From Bugula neritina (Eukaryota > Animalia > Bryozoa): a DNA stretch of 64,000 nucleotides. Within the stretch, counting starts at the first letter, position 1. The number at the start of each line of letters is the position of its first letter. The stretch covers positions 15,592,633 through 15,656,632 of the forward strand of contig OZ037769.1 in assembly GCA_964035545.1 (NCBI GenBank). The letters are read 5' to 3'. Under the pieces are notes generated by a model. The model was given only the letters and a program-made list of their open reading frames with translations. It was not told the DNA's origin and made no database searches. Positions 47,981 to 63,138 of this stretch are shown piece after piece. Both the position numbers and the translations under genes were made by a program.

Positions 47981-50900
47981 TTAACATTTTACTTTGTTCA
48001 ATAATGCATTAATAATATTGTATCAATAATAATGGGTATTTTTTATTAGGCATTAATCTTCCAACTTTAGTATTTTAATTTTCCATGTGCTGTTACTACA
48101 GCTTTCCTACCAATTGTTTTATCTCTCAATTTTTAAATATCACACGTAGATTCAGGTGAAGACGATTTCTATTAAACATGCTTGCAGCCTGCTTTGGCAT
48201 GGTATAGTTAAAGGTATTAGCAAGATGTAAAACAAGATTTAAATTATAATGTATAAATATTTGCTGCAGGCAACCTATGAGAGACGAGTTTGTAAAACAC
48301 ATGGAGATGTGAGGCAAAATGAAAATTAGACATCAAGCTATGTATATGCATACATCGCTTTCAAATGGCAAAATCAGCTAAAAGATTATCTGTTAGATAA
48401 TTTTATAAGTTCTAGTTCAGATTATATCTAAGTTTTGGAGCATATCAAGATTATGTTTTAAATTATGTGAACTCCAATCTGTTAGAGAGTCTCAATGTTA
48501 TAGTTATATCTATACTTGAGTTTTGATAAGCATGCATACTCAGACTATTTAAAGACAATTTACCATACAAACAATTGTTAGCAATGGTGAAGTATTATTA
48601 TATTAGCCAAATATGTATGAGTCATGTTGGTTTTTAAAAAAAATCACAAAAGAAGTCATGAACTCTACGTTTTCAAAATATAATTTATTTTTATGATAAC
48701 GAAGTTAACAAATAGCAACATTCCATTTTAGCATTTTGTGGCATAATTATAGAATTAAATTTAAATAATAAACTGCTTTTTCGAAACGAACCGGTACATT
48801 TAAGTACACTCTGGGTATAAGGTCAATGACTTGGGTTCTGTTGCCATTTTTTAATATTTCAAACAAAAAGTGCAGACAGAGAGGGAGATAAATTTTATAC
48901 GTGTTGTACTCGCTTGTCAAAGTGCATTCCAAACTGCTTACAGCCGCTTATTATAAAGTCCCTGCTAAATGATTGATTACTCAAAAGTTAAGAGAGATTT
49001 TAGATTTCTGTTTAAAATAGATGTCATTACCTTATTATTTGAACCCAGCTTGTACTAAATAATGAAATTTGAGAACATACTATAGGAAATTGTGATATTA
49101 ATGCAGGCCTAATGTTTAATATTATATACCTATACTTTTGTAATTTGACATTTAGGAACTGTATTAATATTGCATAATCATAGATATGTGGCTTAATTGA
49201 TCAAACCGATACTGATTTTTGTATTTATATAGGAAATACTTAACATTTAAATTGACTAAAAAATTAATTAACTACCTCAGTTGCAATGTTCAACAGTATA
49301 ATATATAATACAAATATAGCATCTAGCTAAAGCGTATGAATCATACATTTGCCTGTCTTAAGTATCAGCATGAGCTCAATCTCTGTTTTGTCCGTCTGTT
49401 GAATTTACTTTGACATATACTCACTTTCACTTGGTCAGTATGACTCACTTTCACTCCCTCACTCACTCTCACTTGGTCAGTCTGATTCACTCACTTTTAC
49501 TCACTCAGTTTGACTCATTTTGATTACATTGACATTTTACTTTGTTTAATAATGCATTAATAATATTGGATCTATAACAATGGGTAATGTTTAATAGGTA
49601 TTAATCTTCCAACTTTAGTATCTTGATTTTCCATGTGCTGTTACTGCAGCTTTCCTATCAATTGTTTTTATCTCTTGATTTTTAAATTATATCGCTCGTA
49701 GATTCAGGTGAAGACGATTTTTATTAAACATGCTTGCAGCCTGCTTTGGCATGGTAGTTAAAGGCACTAGCAAGATGTAAAACAAGATTTAAATTATAAT
49801 GAAAATATTTGCTGCAGGCAACCTATATGAGAGACCAGTTTGTAAAACACATGGAGATGTGGGAAAAAAAGAAAGTTAGACATCAAGCTATGCATATGCA
49901 TACATCACTTTTAAATGGCAAAATCAGCTAAAAGATTACCTGTTAAATAATTTAATAAGTTCTGGTTCAACTGAAAGTTGAGCTTTGGAGTAAATCAAAA
50001 AATTATGTTTTAAAATATGTGAGCTCCAATCAATATGAGAGTTTCAATGATATTATAGTTACATCTATACTTGAGTTTTGATAAGTGTGCATATTCGGAT
50101 TATTTAAAGACAATTTATTTACCATACAAACAATTGTTAGCAATGGTGAAGTATTATTATATTAGCCAAATATGTATGAGTCATGTTGGTTTTTAAAAAA
50201 ATCACAAAAGAAGTCATGAACTCTACGTTTTTCAAAATATTATTTATTTTTATGATAACGAAGTTAACAAATAACAACATTCCATTTTAGCATTTTGTGG
50301 TATAATTAGAATTAAGTCTAAATAATAAACTGCTTTTTCGGAACGAACCGGTACATTTAAGTACACTCTGAGTACAAGATCAATGACTTGTGTTTTGTTG
50401 CCATTTCTTAATATTTCAAACAAAAAGTGCAGACAGAGAGGGAGATAAATTTTATACGTGTTGTACTCGCTTGTCAAAATGCATTCCAAACTGCTTACAG
50501 CCGCTTATTATAAAGTCCCTGCTAAATGATTGATTACTCAAAAGTTAAGAGAGATTTTAGATTTCTGTTTAAAATAGATGTCATCACCTTATTAGTTGAA
50601 CCCAGCTTGTACTAAATAATGAAATTTGAGAACATACTATAGAAAAATGTGATATTAATGCAGGCCTAATGTTTAATATTATATACCTATACTTTTGTAA
50701 TTTGACATATATAGGAACTGTATTAATATTGCATAATCACAGATATGCCTACGTGACTTGATCGAACCAATATTGATTTTTAGATTTAGGAAATGCTTAA
50801 CATTTAAATTAACTAAAAAATTAAGTAACTACCTCAGTTGCAATGTTCAACAGTATAATGTAATACAAATATAGCATCTAGCTAGAACGTATCAATCATA

Positions 50901-51075
50901 CATTTGCCTGTCATAAGTATCAGCATGAGCTCAATCTCTGTTTTGTCAGTCTGTTGAATTTACTTTGACACATACTCACTTTCACTTGGTCAGTATGACT
51001 CACTTTCACTCCCTCACTCACTCTAACTTGGTCAGTCTGATTCACTTACGTTTACTCACTCAGTTTGACTCACTC
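47981..51075. repeat. Tandem duplication of a ~1.55 kb non-coding unit (47981-~49520 and ~49530-51075)
   Basis: Collinear, highly similar sequence throughout; both units end in a CTCA/TCAC-rich low-complexity tail. Confidence 0.9.
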
Positions 51076-52566
51076 CCTCACTCACTCTGTGTAGATGTGG
51101 GCTACAGGATGGCAACTGTAATTATTTTTAACCTTTTCTACACACCACAAACTTTTAAAAACATACCACTGTAAATTCATGTAAGGACGCTTAACAAGTG
51201 AGATAATGAGTGCCACTCATACTATATTCTTATAATAAAGATTGTCAAGTACCATGTAGAAACTTAAAAATTGGCAATATTTCACAAAAGTGAGGTCTTG
51301 TAAAAGAACTTAAGCGTCTATAGCACATTATTAGTCATTCTTACACTGCAGACATTATGTATATCAGCTGTAAGTGTATGTAGCATGCGTCATCTACTGT
51401 TTGTTTTATCTGCTATATAAATAAACTTTCATCCATCACTTGGATGTCTGCTGTCGTTTTATGTTTAGACGTTGCGTGACAGCAACTCTTACTATGCCGC
51501 CTAAGAATGTCAGCTATCCAAGTTTGGCTCTGATCTTCCTTATCGACATTTGGAGACCATGTGATGCATATTGATAGATGTTACGCAATATCTAGCATGC
51601 CTACACCAACCGCATTGAAAACAATTGGTTGTTCTAAATTTAGATATTTGCATTGCAGACTGAAAAAAATATAATCATTTTCAGAAATAGTTTAAAACTT
51701 GAACATAAAATGATTCTTACCAACAATGCCAATTCTACTCATCATCTCTCTTAGAAAATCTGCCCATCTAGATCTGCAGTTGAGAGACGCATTCTCTCTG
51801 TTTGAATGCAGACTTGGCGGGCTTGCAAGCTGCGCTCTTGTAAAGATCAGACAGAATGGAAACTAACAGAACCTGAACAATGGAAAGTCTCTTGCAACAA
51901 TATTGTAATCTTTACAGCCATCTTTATGGATGAGGAGCTCATGGAAAGAGCACAAAGAGTACATACTCATTGCCAAACTCATCCTGCAGCAGACGTGATA
52001 ACTGGTTTCATCTGGTTATCTAGTTACTTAGAAATGAAGGTAACATAAAGTTTCATATATCAACATTGAAGATGCATAATTATGCTGATTTGGTCTTTAA
52101 TGCAAACACCTTTGTACACTTCCTTTCTCATTGAAATTGCCAATATTTGCTGCCAACTTACACATTGCAGATATTCTTGATTTTTAGCTAAAACATGAAA
52201 TTTGGAGTAGAAAGAATCTGTTATTCAAGTATCGACATATTTGATACCAGATAACAAGTTTTATAGAGTGATTTTTTGTAACAACTGACACTTGATTGTA
52301 GAATTCTAAACAGAGTGCAACTGGAAGTTAATTACCTGCGCAGAGTGATTGCTTGTGGAATAGATTACACGGAGTGGTTGCACATACACACCATACCAAC
52401 ACTTACATGTATAAATATAATATATAGCTGTAATTAAAAAGCTAATGTACTTGAAAGATTGTTTATTATACTGCATGTGTGTTCGGAAATTTAGGTTTAA
52501 CTGAATATACTGCATTTTTTCCCCTGTTGTATTTGATGCCGTTTTGTGTTGTTAATTTGCCTATAT

Positions 52567-53314
52567 CACTGCGTTTCCATGAAGGCGAATGAATGCGTAC
52601 GGATGCCCGTACGGATTACATCGAAGGAAAAACCACACGTTCCTATGCAATCCGTACGAAGTTATTTTCTCTTTGCAACTGTGACGGCTGAACTAAAATG
52701 ATAATTAATATGGCCAACTTTGAGTTTGAGTTCATGCACAACGACAATTTTTTAATTCTGTCCCCATTTTTGATAGATTAAATCAACTAAATACACAAAC
52801 TTTGAATCAGTTTATTTAAAATAAAAAACCATAAACCAATGAAAGCATAACGTATTTCTTGATCGATAAACAAAAGCTTAAAAGTAATTTAAATTTCAAA
52901 ATGAAAATAGCTGTCAACTTATTTTTAGCTTGAGAAAGCTTTGGCTTGCAGAGTAGTTTTACAAATTTAAGATGATTAGTAATTATTTTAAATAATAGCA
53001 GCTAGGATAAATAAAATAATTTAAATTTTTAAAAGTCGAAGTACACTTTAGCGTAGGTTGTAACCTATAATTATTGTTAGCATCGCGTAACTATGTGACT
53101 AGCCGCCACAAATGCTGCTCTCTGCCTCCAGCACAAAAGGTTTCATTCGATTTAACCGAAGGAACCATTTCCATGATGCGCATAATGCGAAGGAAAAGTT
53201 TCATCGAAGGAGCCGTTCGGTGTAATTTCCGGCTGCGGTTTTGCTTCGATGCAACTGTTTCCATAGGGCGAATGAGAAAATCCATTCGCATAATGCGATA
53301 ATGGAAACGCAGTG
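52567..53314. mobile_element. MITE-like DNA element, ~750 bp
   Basis: 14-bp TIRs CACTGCGTTTCCAT...ATGGAAACGCAGTG with TAT on both flanks, GC-richer subterminal regions and an AT-rich core. Confidence 0.7.
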
Positions 53315-55171
53315 TATATAAGTAAAGCAATTGTCAGGTTCCCATGCATCAATTTTAATTACATACTGCAGTCAGCACAATCGATTGTTTTCTATTACTT
53401 CATTGTTTCAGCCTTGAGTAGTTGCCTTCTCTTATGTAATCACAACAAGTTAAGATATCTGGCTATGCTCACTTATTTACAATATTCACAGCTACATTAT
53501 TTTTATAGAAAATAAATTCATTCTGTTTTTGATTAAATTAACTATTCACTAACGATAAACTGCAAGCTTTCAGCAGTTTATTGTATTCTTCTACATGTTT
53601 ATACATTCCTACCGTCAAGCTAGTAACTTTATTAAAAAGAAATTCACGAGAAAAAGTTATAAAATCTCATAGAGTCTATAATGATATTACTAGAATTATT
53701 TTTACTATAACTAAATATTAATTCATTATTTTGTCAGCTATAGTGATGGGATGCAAGTTTTGATGGCAAACAGCTTTTTTACCTCTTTTGTGTGTGAGCT
53801 ACGCAGGTATCTTTTTGGCATCCCTACTGAATGCTGATTAAAAGTTCAAGTGAACCAAGCAAGCTACCTTTCCATAGCTAGCACATACCATTATAGTGTT
53901 TAGCACAAGCCAGTTCTCTCTCTGTACAGACTATCTCCATGTTCCGTAGACACCAACTATGTAGGGAGTAATCAAAGAGTGGCTTTATTGGCTTCACGCT
54001 ACAGCATTTCTGCCCAACAAAGCTACTTTACCCTCTCTAATATATACGCATAACTTTTCACAAACACTCATTTGTTTTGCACAGATCTGTAAAATATTCT
54101 ACTCTATGTTTTAGAAATAAACAAAAACAATACTTTTTAAGCGCAACATAACTCTATTTAGGCTCTACAGTATAAAAAATATGCCTGGCTTTCTAAATTA
54201 ATTTTGAGTCTTCAATTCCAGCATTCAGGGGATGGGCTACAGATGCCTACACTAATTACACTGACTGGAACTAAGCTAAATTCGATGGCTTGCAGATTGC
54301 CATGTTAAGAAAAGGTGAAAATCTTGATGCGATGTTGGCACATTCTATATTTTAGTGCAATTCCAGTTTGCCAAGTTTTACGGCAACTAAACTAAACTTG
54401 GATGCCGTCTCCACGCTGTCAACGTGGTTGTCTCACCAACAGACCTTGACCTTCATGATTCCAAGTATTTTTTGGAAAATGAGGTTTTCCTTTAATAGAT
54501 ATTAGTTTGATTCGTGGTGTTATTTTCTAAATTTAAAATATATAAATACAACTATAGTCAGTGCGAAAATATGGGAAGTGGTGGGAGATTGGAATGGCAA
54601 AAAATGGTAAATCCAGTGATAGGTTTCAACTTTTGTGTTCCAGTAGCTGCCGGTAGCTTTATAGACATTGCCGCCTTATAGGCTCAGAGTATCTGCGTGG
54701 AACGAGTTTTCATGGCTAATAAGTAATAATAAGCAGTTTTGTACTTTTTAAGTGCAAATACTTTTTAATTACAAATAATAACTTTTTTCAAATATAAACT
54801 TAGTCTTTGCAAACATTAAAATGCACTTTTGCTATTGTGAAGGTGCCCATTATTGCTGCAATTGTTTTAATAACTAAATATTAATCAGGGTGTATATATG
54901 GTGGAAGAAGATATTATATATACCCTTTAATAATATTATAATATAAATATGTTAGATGCATATAGCTAAGGGATATATCATATGGTTAACATCAACTATT
55001 TCAAACTGACAATGATTAATGGAATATTACAAATTTAACTAATATTTAATGTCCAATATTATCATAATATAATTAATGTAGAATTTTTGTGCTATAGTGA
55101 ATTATGGAGATGTCATACACTGTTCATGAGGTATAAGCTAAAAGCTATAGAAATGCATAAATCAAGTTTCT

Positions 55172-55213
55172 GTGTCTGCATGTCTGTCTCTCTGTCTGTC
55201 TGTCTGTCTGTCT
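55172..55213. repeat. (GTCT)n microsatellite
   Basis: Direct observation. Confidence 0.8.
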
Positions 55214-55349
55214 ACGTAACGTTTGGCAAATTGTTTCCTCAGGTATGAAAGTCCAGGGGGGCTGTATTTAAACTAGCCGGCATGTTTTAGAAGGTGTCAG
55301 AAGTCAATCCTATATATTTATTGTAGATAACAGCTTCAGATTATATATT

Positions 55350-55548
55350 AATGCAATCCAGTGCAATACAATGCAATCCAGTGCAATACAATGCAGTACA
55401 ATGCAATACAATACAATGCAATACAATGCAATCTAAAGCAATGCAGCTATGCAAATACAGTACAATACCATGCAATAAAATACAGTGAGTGTAATTTCAT
55501 TACAATATAATGCAATGCAATGTAAAACAATACAATATTATAATGCAA
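55350..55548. repeat. Degenerate pentamer repeat (CAATA/CAATG)
   Basis: Direct observation. Confidence 0.8.
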
Positions 55549-56021
55549 TTACTCACTGGGGACAGGTTATAATGATATCTTTAAATTGCATCTCAAATAT
55601 TAAGTTATGTAAAGCTGACAATAGAGAAGTTTATAGTTTATAGTTAAAGTTAAGTTCAAGTTGACTAGAGATATATAAAACTAAGTCTTGCATTGGATGG
55701 CTATGTTAGAAGGGCTGAAGGTATTGTTACTATAGATATAGAATGCAAAACAGATGAAATATGGGTAAATTAGCATAATAATTTTTGGGTGTTCCAGTAC
55801 AGAATAGATAGTGTCACACCAATGGCTCTACCAATTGTTTATACTTTATGCAGTGTATAATAGAGGATAGCTAATGTATTCCGCCAAATAAACATACAAT
55901 TTACATACTTATCAACTGTACTGACATGTTGTAGGTTTGTTTCACTTCAAAGATGAAACAATGAGTCATAATTGTCTGGTGGTTTAGTTGTATAAATTTG
56001 AGTTAATTAACTAACAGAGAC

Positions 56022-56160
<139 letters not shown>

Positions 56161-56956
56161 TCACTATGATTAAATTTACAGGCTATGGTGTTGCCATGCC
56201 AACAGCAAGAGTTTACAAAGTTAATAGGACATATCTGCTGTCACTTCAGCAGAGACATACTACCTGTTTCACATGCATTGTACAGCATAATTTATATAGA
56301 TATTATAACATATTTTATGAATATTTGGCTCTCTGTTGAAAATTCAGCAATGCACTATTCAAAATCTATCATAGTGCACCTTCATGGATCTTTGGCCACC
56401 ATTGTTTGCTGAAGTTTGCTTATACTGGACCAACTTAAGTAGGAACAGGCTATCAGACCTATTTTGAAAATAATTAGAAATCACATAAAAAGCTGTGAAA
56501 GCTCATGCAACTACTTTGCAAGCTTTCTGGAAGTAGAACTTAAAATAATATCAAATTACATTGATATAACATCAACATTTAGGCTGCAGTCAATGAAATG
56601 TGTGAAATGAACTAGTTTCGCTTCAAAAAAATATATTGTAGGACTTTTTTCTATCTCATGTCGTGAGGAAGATCCTTTTTACAGATCTAAATCTGAAACC
56701 AACTCCTGCACACAATTTGTGTAGCTACTGTCCCACTCTTCCGGTATAGGATTTTACAGCTCATAAATAAACATTATGTTTTATTTTAGAAGTCTATAAT
56801 AGTTTAACTTTTCAATACTCAAGTTCTTTTGTGCCAGAGGCAATAATGACTGTCAGTCAATATACTAGAATTATATGTTTAGCATTAAAACCAGTTTTAG
56901 TCATATATTTTCATTTATACCCTTTTCAGAGTCAATATGTTTAATTAGTACACCTG

Positions 56957-57181
56957 ATCAGAGTATAGAATGGTGATATATCAGATTGTAGAATAGTGAT
57001 ATATTAGAGTATAGAATGGTGATATATTAGAGTATAGAATGGTGACATATCAGATTGTAGAATAGTGATATATTAGAGTATAGAATGGTGATATATCAGA
57101 TTGTAGAATAGTGATATATTAGAGTATAGAATGGTGATATATCAGATTGTAGAATAGTGAAATATTAGAGTATAGAATGGT
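56957..57181. repeat. Minisatellite, 23-bp unit with two alternating variants
   Basis: ATTAGAGTATAGAATGGTGATAT alternates with ATCAGATTGTAGAATAGTGATAT. Confidence 0.9.
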
Positions 57182-60100
57182 AAAATTTACATCCTCTTCT
57201 AAGATCTGTGCTAGTGAAGGGCATATAGACTATGGATACGCTTGCTACGATCAGCATCCAATGAAATAGCATGAAAATGGCGCTTTTCCTGGTCGCGTGC
57301 CTAACTATGACATAATTTTGGCATTTCTCCAAGCATTAACACTTCTGGCATGGGAATTCGAATACATTTCAGTTAACAGAAGTGAACAATAACATAACTC
57401 AATCTACAGTCATTACTTCTGATAGCAGAATGATTACATTAAACATGGTTTAGTATGTTCCTCAACTACTGTCGTGTGTGAAGACGTTGAGTTGTAACGT
57501 TACAGAATGTCACCAGGAAATCTGTTCTAATTGGACTGGTTGGGGATGAAATGATAATCTGTCCTTCCCCGTGGGGATTACTTATTGTAGAAGTGAGGTT
57601 TTGTATAGCAAAGCTTCTTATAAAAATAAAAAGTTTTCTTATGTGATATTATATGGTGTATTCTACAAAGTATTATATTACAATACGGAATATAATAAGG
57701 TCTATGAACGATTTGTACAAGGTACACGCTGTTTTGAGGCATTCAATTTAAATCTTCATTGAGACGGAAAGATTAAAGTTAAGCTGAAAAAGTTACTACT
57801 ACAGGTCAAACAAATGTCATATTATAGAGTCAAATTAACTATAACATGACCGTAAACATATAATATATGATTAGCCTAAAAGACTCGTGTTTTTCTACCG
57901 TCACATTCCAGGTGAGGCCTCTGGTGGCACAAGGCTTTAATCATATGCTAGCTATAGCAACGCGATTTGTAAGTTTTTAATGAGATAAACGGTAAAATTG
58001 TATGACACCATTAGTGGCTACAATTTCATTTATCAGACATGTATCAGACTAAACCATTGTCTATAACTAGTGAACCATCTGTCTCTGGTTTACCACTCTG
58101 TTTGTATGAATAAACTATTAGTAGTGCAATGAGAATACAAACTCTCTCAGTCACTTTACGTAACAATATGAAGTAAATATTTGCTCACTTTGCTATTAAA
58201 GAGGCTTTTAAACATGATGCGAGATCCTTTAAATTTGTTCACATTTTTAAAATTAAAATTGAAATGATGATATTTTGTTGGATTTTTATGTAATGTATTG
58301 CTATGTGTTTTAATAACATTTATTGCCACAACTAAAACCCTTTACGCACAACCTTTAACTTGTGCTCGGGTAATTTTACTGTGAAATGCATAGAGAGGTT
58401 TGTCTCCGCAAACACTAACTCTGTTTTGAAAATTTCTTCCCTCTGGTTTGTGAGAAAGTTATTATTATAACTTAAAAACCTATTTGGTAATCAGCTTAGA
58501 CACTCTCAAGGCATGCGATGGTGGTTGAATAGAAAGCTGTATAATCTCAAATCTTCTTTGGTGAACATTTCTCGCAAAAATAAAAATACTGCATTAAGCT
58601 AATGGGTATCTATAAATATAAAGGATTAGGGTAAAACTGATTTATTGGGTGCAACTACCAAGCGATACCGTACCACGTCCTAACTGTGCAGAACATCCCT
58701 GCTAGTTACGATAAGCTATATTAATATCATGAATACATGCGAGCTTAGAAAACTTCAAGTAATATAGTAGATTGATCTTGCTGCTATTTCAAAAGCTATC
58801 AACTTTTAATTGCTTCAAGTTATTTAAATCTTAGATGTGGCTGTAAGTTCACAGCTTCAAGTATTCATTAAACATTCTATATGGAGTTCTGTTCTTACAT
58901 CTGCGTTGTATTCTAAACATTACTTTAGTTGAGTTACTTAAATGGCATCGGTTATAGATGGAGACATTTGATAACAGGTGGTTGATTTTCTCACACCTGT
59001 AACACTCTTGTTTTCCAAAACACTTTAGCTTCCGTTACAATTAGTTACCACATACATGTATATATACACTCTGTGTGGATGTATGAAACTTTTCAAATAT
59101 GAATCAGTATGGCTTAAACTCTCTATATAACCAATACCTTACAGATGAAAGAGTTTCAGCTACCGATATTCGACGATGTCAATGTCAAATGATGCTGTGA
59201 CTCACGAATCTAACAGTGCATATATAGGCTGTAGCAGCTGGTGGCAAGCTAGGCTATGCAAAACACCATTCTGATGGCATGCATACTTCTGTGAAACACG
59301 CCTCTCCATCCATCATTTACCCATCAAAACACTCAAAATATAAAACATTAATTCCTATCCGATACTGTATGCGCAAAACCTTTACGATTACCATATTTAA
59401 AACAGTGAATAGGTTATTTTATTTCACAGCAAAGCATTAGGTCAACTCCCTTGGAAACTGTCTGTCTAAGTTGCTCACTGACAACATAGTTCTGTTCAGT
59501 GTTGGTCTAGGATCCTATAAACATGAATCTAACTTACAGAGCAGATATGCATTAATGCCGCATGAGAAAGGAACTGTTATTGTCTTTTGCTGTTTACAGT
59601 CAACATTCTTTACAAATTCACAACACGTTCTAGGTAAATCTATACCACCAGTGAAGTAATTTAAACAACTTGCCTTTTTAAAATGTAGGATTATTGCTGC
59701 ACAGAGTAGTTAAGCTTGTGCGTGTTGGTCAACATTCAGATCTCTTAAGTCAAATGAGCAAACTCAAGATCATGTGCAGCGTCATTATAACCACTTCAGT
59801 TTCTAAGCTTATAAGTTTAACTCAGCTCAAACTGATGTAACGGGAATTTGGTAAAGCTTTCAGTTAGATATTATATTAAATTGTAAAGCAGCTGTAGCAG
59901 TCTTTTACAGCAACTATGGTTAGCTGCAAGCTTGTAAAACAACTCAACCGTGACTGCTGTGAAAAATTTAAAGCTCTTTCAAGAGAGGTTATGACGGCAA
60001 TTTCAATGGGCAGGAAATCACCTGGTGACAGCAGGCCAGATTATCTCATTCTACTAGGTTTTAAATTCCATCCTTTCAATAGAAGTAGAATTAGAATAGC

Positions 60101-62586
60101 ATTGGATACTATAATATTCTGAGATTCTTAAGGTAATCAACATGTATAAACCTCTTTTACAACTAGTAGAAGAAAACATACACTTTCACAAAACCTAGTA
60201 GTGGTTAGTACACAGTTGCTAGTAATTAGTAAAACACTTTAGTTTAAATCAAGTAAACTGTCAACAGTACCGCAGTTAAGAAAACACATAATGAGTTTCA
60301 AAACGGAATAGTAGCAAAGAAGGGGTTTACTTGTAGCCACTGCATCTACATCTCACACATAGCTTTGATACTTGAACTACTTAGCTTGGTGTGCTATCAC
60401 CATTAATTTTTAGCTCTACAAAAAATTCAACTTTGACAGGTTCATGGAAAGCGCATGTAGATGGTAGAGATATACTATGCCTGCTTAAAGTGGTGGTAGT
60501 TTGAAAATGAAAGGAATAAATTAGAGAGAGCGTTGAAGCGATTGTTCCTATTCCACATTCAATTCTCTTGCTGTCACTTTCAAACAAGTAAAAAGTCGAA
60601 CGATGGCTAGATTAGAGAAAAATGTTGGTTTCATATCAAACATTGTTGGTAAAGTTGGCATGCTTGTCATTGCTGGGTTAGATATAATAATATCCAGGTA
60701 ACCAGTTCAAAGGTGAAGCCATAGATTGTTTCAATGATATCAATTCCTATAATGCATTATAGCTCTGTGGTAACATAGGCAATGATCTTACATACTGTTG
60801 TTTGTCTCCTGATTGCACGCCTGCTCAAAACAAAACTTCTTCCAAAGAAAATCATGATAGCATACAAACCTATAGCAATGCTACAAAACTCTAAGACAAG
60901 TTAATGCGGGTGCTTTTGGTTTGTCTGCTAAATTAACAACTTAGAAAAAGTTTTCTACGGCAATCATTTAAGGAAGACCCTTAAGTTATTTGTTCGGAGA
61001 CACTGGTCAAGTAATTAGGGCTATTTCCTGTTATTAACTTAAGTTCTTGAATTATGGTATACAACTAGAAATGATGAGAATGCTAATGAATGCATGACCG
61101 TGACTGTAACAGCAGTTCACAGCTCAAGAAGATGTGCATAGCAACTTGGTGGTTATTAACTTTCAAATATAGTGTATATAGACAAGCAATAAATAATATG
61201 AATACAAATGATGCAGTATATTCAACAGTCTGTGACTATAAACACCTCTAACTGACAGACAGCTCTTAGCGTCTGATGAGATAGAATTACAGGTGAAAAG
61301 AAAAGTTTTGTCGAGCTAAAGAATTTTTTCAAAAAAGAAGCTAAAGTTACCAGAATCTACTATAATCATATTCTCTGCTGTACTCAGGTCTGTCACAACT
61401 GGTCACTATGTTAATTAGTTGGGTGAGGCAACAGAAAAGAAGAAAAACACTCACTTGTACTCGTACGTAAGTGTGGTGGCTTGTAGGCGTTTGAATTTAA
61501 TTTTAAAGGCTCAGCTATACACGCCTTTAAGTGAACATTAAGTGCTTTATAATAGAGAGGAAAGAATACAAATGAGACCTCTATTTCAGAATGTGCATCT
61601 TTATGCCTGAATATCATTAGTCTTTTTAAACCTGTTTATATAATGTAATGCATAACACAATTGTTGCATATCTTGTACGCCGCTTTGTTTATAAACAAGT
61701 TTTCTGAGAAGTATAAAGTAAATCTTAATTCTAAAAGCTAGAAAATAATACGTATGATCAATGCATGTTTTCTAACAAACCAAGTTCTGCTATTCTAAAG
61801 GTAGCAATGTAGCAATAGCATAGACATCGTATTTTGGAAGCATAGACCTCTAAAGAATGCTAGTTAATTATTGTAACTGAGCATAAAGTCACGGATATTA
61901 TTCCTTAAACTCTTTGAGGAAAACCAATCTTGTATTTATATCAACCATGTGCTCATTATGAAAGTGCACTCTCATGCTCTCTGTTGAACTGGTGTACTAT
62001 TTACATAAATAGATATTATACAGTTATAGATATTATATAAGTTTGTATGTGAATTGAATCACAATAATTCAAATGATTTGTCATATTTTTGTGTAAATTA
62101 GAAACAGAAAAAACTCAACAAAACAGTTCAACAAAACAATTTAAATGCAACAGATAAAAAAATATATAATCATTATAATTGGAGTGACACACAACAAATA
62201 AATGAAGCAATTAAAGTCAAATGCCGGGCAATTTTAAAATATAGAACCGTGGTGCTGCACTTTGCCATGTCTGTGGAAGAGAAAGTCATAGGTTCTGTAG
62301 TAACTCATGTTACTCGGCGGTGTTATGAGAATTCTCAGTTCTTGACTCTTCAAGTCTAGAAAGTTCTCAAGTTGAAAAGCCAGCGGGATGAGAAGAATAA
62401 AAGGAAAAAGATGCTTAAGTCTAAACAATCCATGATAATCTTCTATAAGACCCGTTTAGACGCACCTAATCTTGTTATTGCTCCATTACACCATCGTTCA
62501 CAATAGATGTATCAGTTCTTTACAAGTACTTTTCTTTCTTATAGTTGTATCACCCCATCTTATAGTTTGTGAAAACAGCAAGTGTT

Positions 62587-63138
62587 TCAATACTTGGCTG
62601 TCGGCACTTGAAGAAATTTTTTGGGCTGTGGTTGTTTTACTTCGCTCTTGGAATACGAGGAAGTGGTGGCTGACTCTACGTCAGTAATTCTCAACTTCTC
62701 CTCACCGCTGTCAGAGATAGACCTGCATAAACCAATGACCAAGTATGTGATGTATACCAGGCAGGTTATCAAACAGAATATGGCTGCTATCAGACATTTT
62801 CTTGCTGAATCGTGGTCATATTTCACAGGAGAGTTGCCGGACTGATACGCAAAGAACCAGATGTTGACTGCGATGCCGATGGTAGTCTGCACTGTGACAG
62901 TGGTGTGAACAATTCTGAGTGTCTCGTTGCCAATGCAGGAGATAATAATTCCAATGATGCCGCAGACGAGTAGTGAAAGTGAAGGGAGGCAGCGGACAGT
63001 GAACATGACAGAGATGTGAGCAATGTTTGTCTGCATGTCTTTAGTATCACTATAGTGTCTGGTACACAGGGCTATGGAGCACAGAGATGTAATGACTTGT
63101 AGAAGTCCAACGGCAAACAGAATTCGCTGAACTGCCAT
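62587..63138 (-). CDS. Four-transmembrane membrane protein (183 aa), MS4A/CD20-like topology, single coding exon
   Basis: ATG at 63138 follows a splice acceptor (TTTTACAG, exon start 63176); upstream donor GTAAGC at ~63287. Four hydrophobic helices, including LLVCGIIGIIIS in TM2, and a polar C-terminal tail. Family assignment is tentative. Confidence 0.75.
   Translation of the reverse strand: MAVQRILFAVGLLQVITSLCSIALCTRHYSDTKDMQTNIAHISVMFTVRCLPSLSLLVCGIIGIIISCIGNETLRIVHTTVTVQTTIGIAVNIWFFAYQSGNSPVKYDHDSARKCLIAAIFCLITCLVYITYLVIGLCRSISDSGEEKLRITDVESATTSSYSKSEVKQPQPKKFLQVPTAKY

Noticed and set aside
48747-50489. Duplicated small ORFs (MECTLTSEY.../MECILTSEY...)
   Set aside because: Non-ATG starts and different stop positions; similarity is explained by the tandem duplication.
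51480-52050. Slightly GC-richer ORF-like region (51806..52048)
   Set aside because: No recognisable domain or consistent splice structure.
59900-60950. Coding-like fragments with hydrophobic segments (possible decayed gene)
   Set aside because: Interrupted by many stops, with no recognisable family motif.
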